A DNA stretch of 63,408 bases, filler included, from Octopus bimaculoides (lineage: Eukaryota): assembly GCF_001194135.2 (NCBI RefSeq). It is 9 parts of 9 records of this genome, joined end to end, with 100 filler letters (N's around TTAATTAATTAA, not from the genome) between each part and the next. Parts side by side here need not be neighbours in the genome. Positions count along the whole stretch, not along the records: positions 58,127 to 63,408 come from NC_069004.1; 8 more parts are not named here. One strand, written 5' to 3'. The position numbers and the translations under genes were made by a program. Positions 63,120 to 63,408 of this stretch are shown piece after piece (position 1 is the first letter of the stretch; each line of letters starts with the position of its first letter). The notes beneath the pieces are model-generated. The model did not search any database. It had not been told where the DNA came from and was given only the letters and a program-made list of their open reading frames with translations.

Positions 63120-63408
63120 AAACTTCGTGCTGCATCTGAGAAAGTAATAGTTAGTTCATGATATATATGCGTTTGTATATATGTGTTTATGTATGTATGT
63201 ATGTATGTATGTATGTATGTATGCATGTATGTATATAGCATTCTAAAGTTTTTGTGCTCCAAAGAAAGGCTATGGAATTCTATACACACTTCGTGTATCA
63301 TAATAGCATCAACATATGAAATTACAGTTATATATATATACCCTTAACTATACAAGTGAATATATATACATATATGTGTGCGTGTGTGTAAGCATATGTA
63401 TATATATA

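Overview
AT-rich, microsatellite-dense animal genomic DNA from a gappy draft assembly. The repeat content suggests an octopus or other cephalopod, which is my inference from recalled repeat families and not a database result. One protein-coding gene is well supported: a three-coding-exon class C GPCR on the + strand (23162-24496, 25243-25954, 28224-28756; 859 aa). It has a signal peptide, a Venus-flytrap domain lacking the glutamate-binding residues, a Ser/Thr/Pro stalk in place of the 9-Cys domain, and a 7TM. Most of the rest is transposon debris: modular tRNA-derived SINEs (several with clear TSDs), RTE-, CR1-, R4/Dong- and Penelope-type retroelement fragments, and mariner/Tc1/maT fossils. 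The most striking signal is seven type I hammerhead-ribozyme (HHR)-like motifs from several repeat families. These include a canonical, core-intact copy (58593-58654, +), a direct-repeat pair exactly 340 nt apart resembling a retrozyme/circRNA unit (34672-35062, -), and a minimal copy with a compensatory G3-C8 swap in the catalytic core (63073-63119, -). All folds were done by eye and none is experimentally tested. Eight N-flanked TTAATTAATTAA strings look like artificial contig linkers, so adjacency across them is uncertain.
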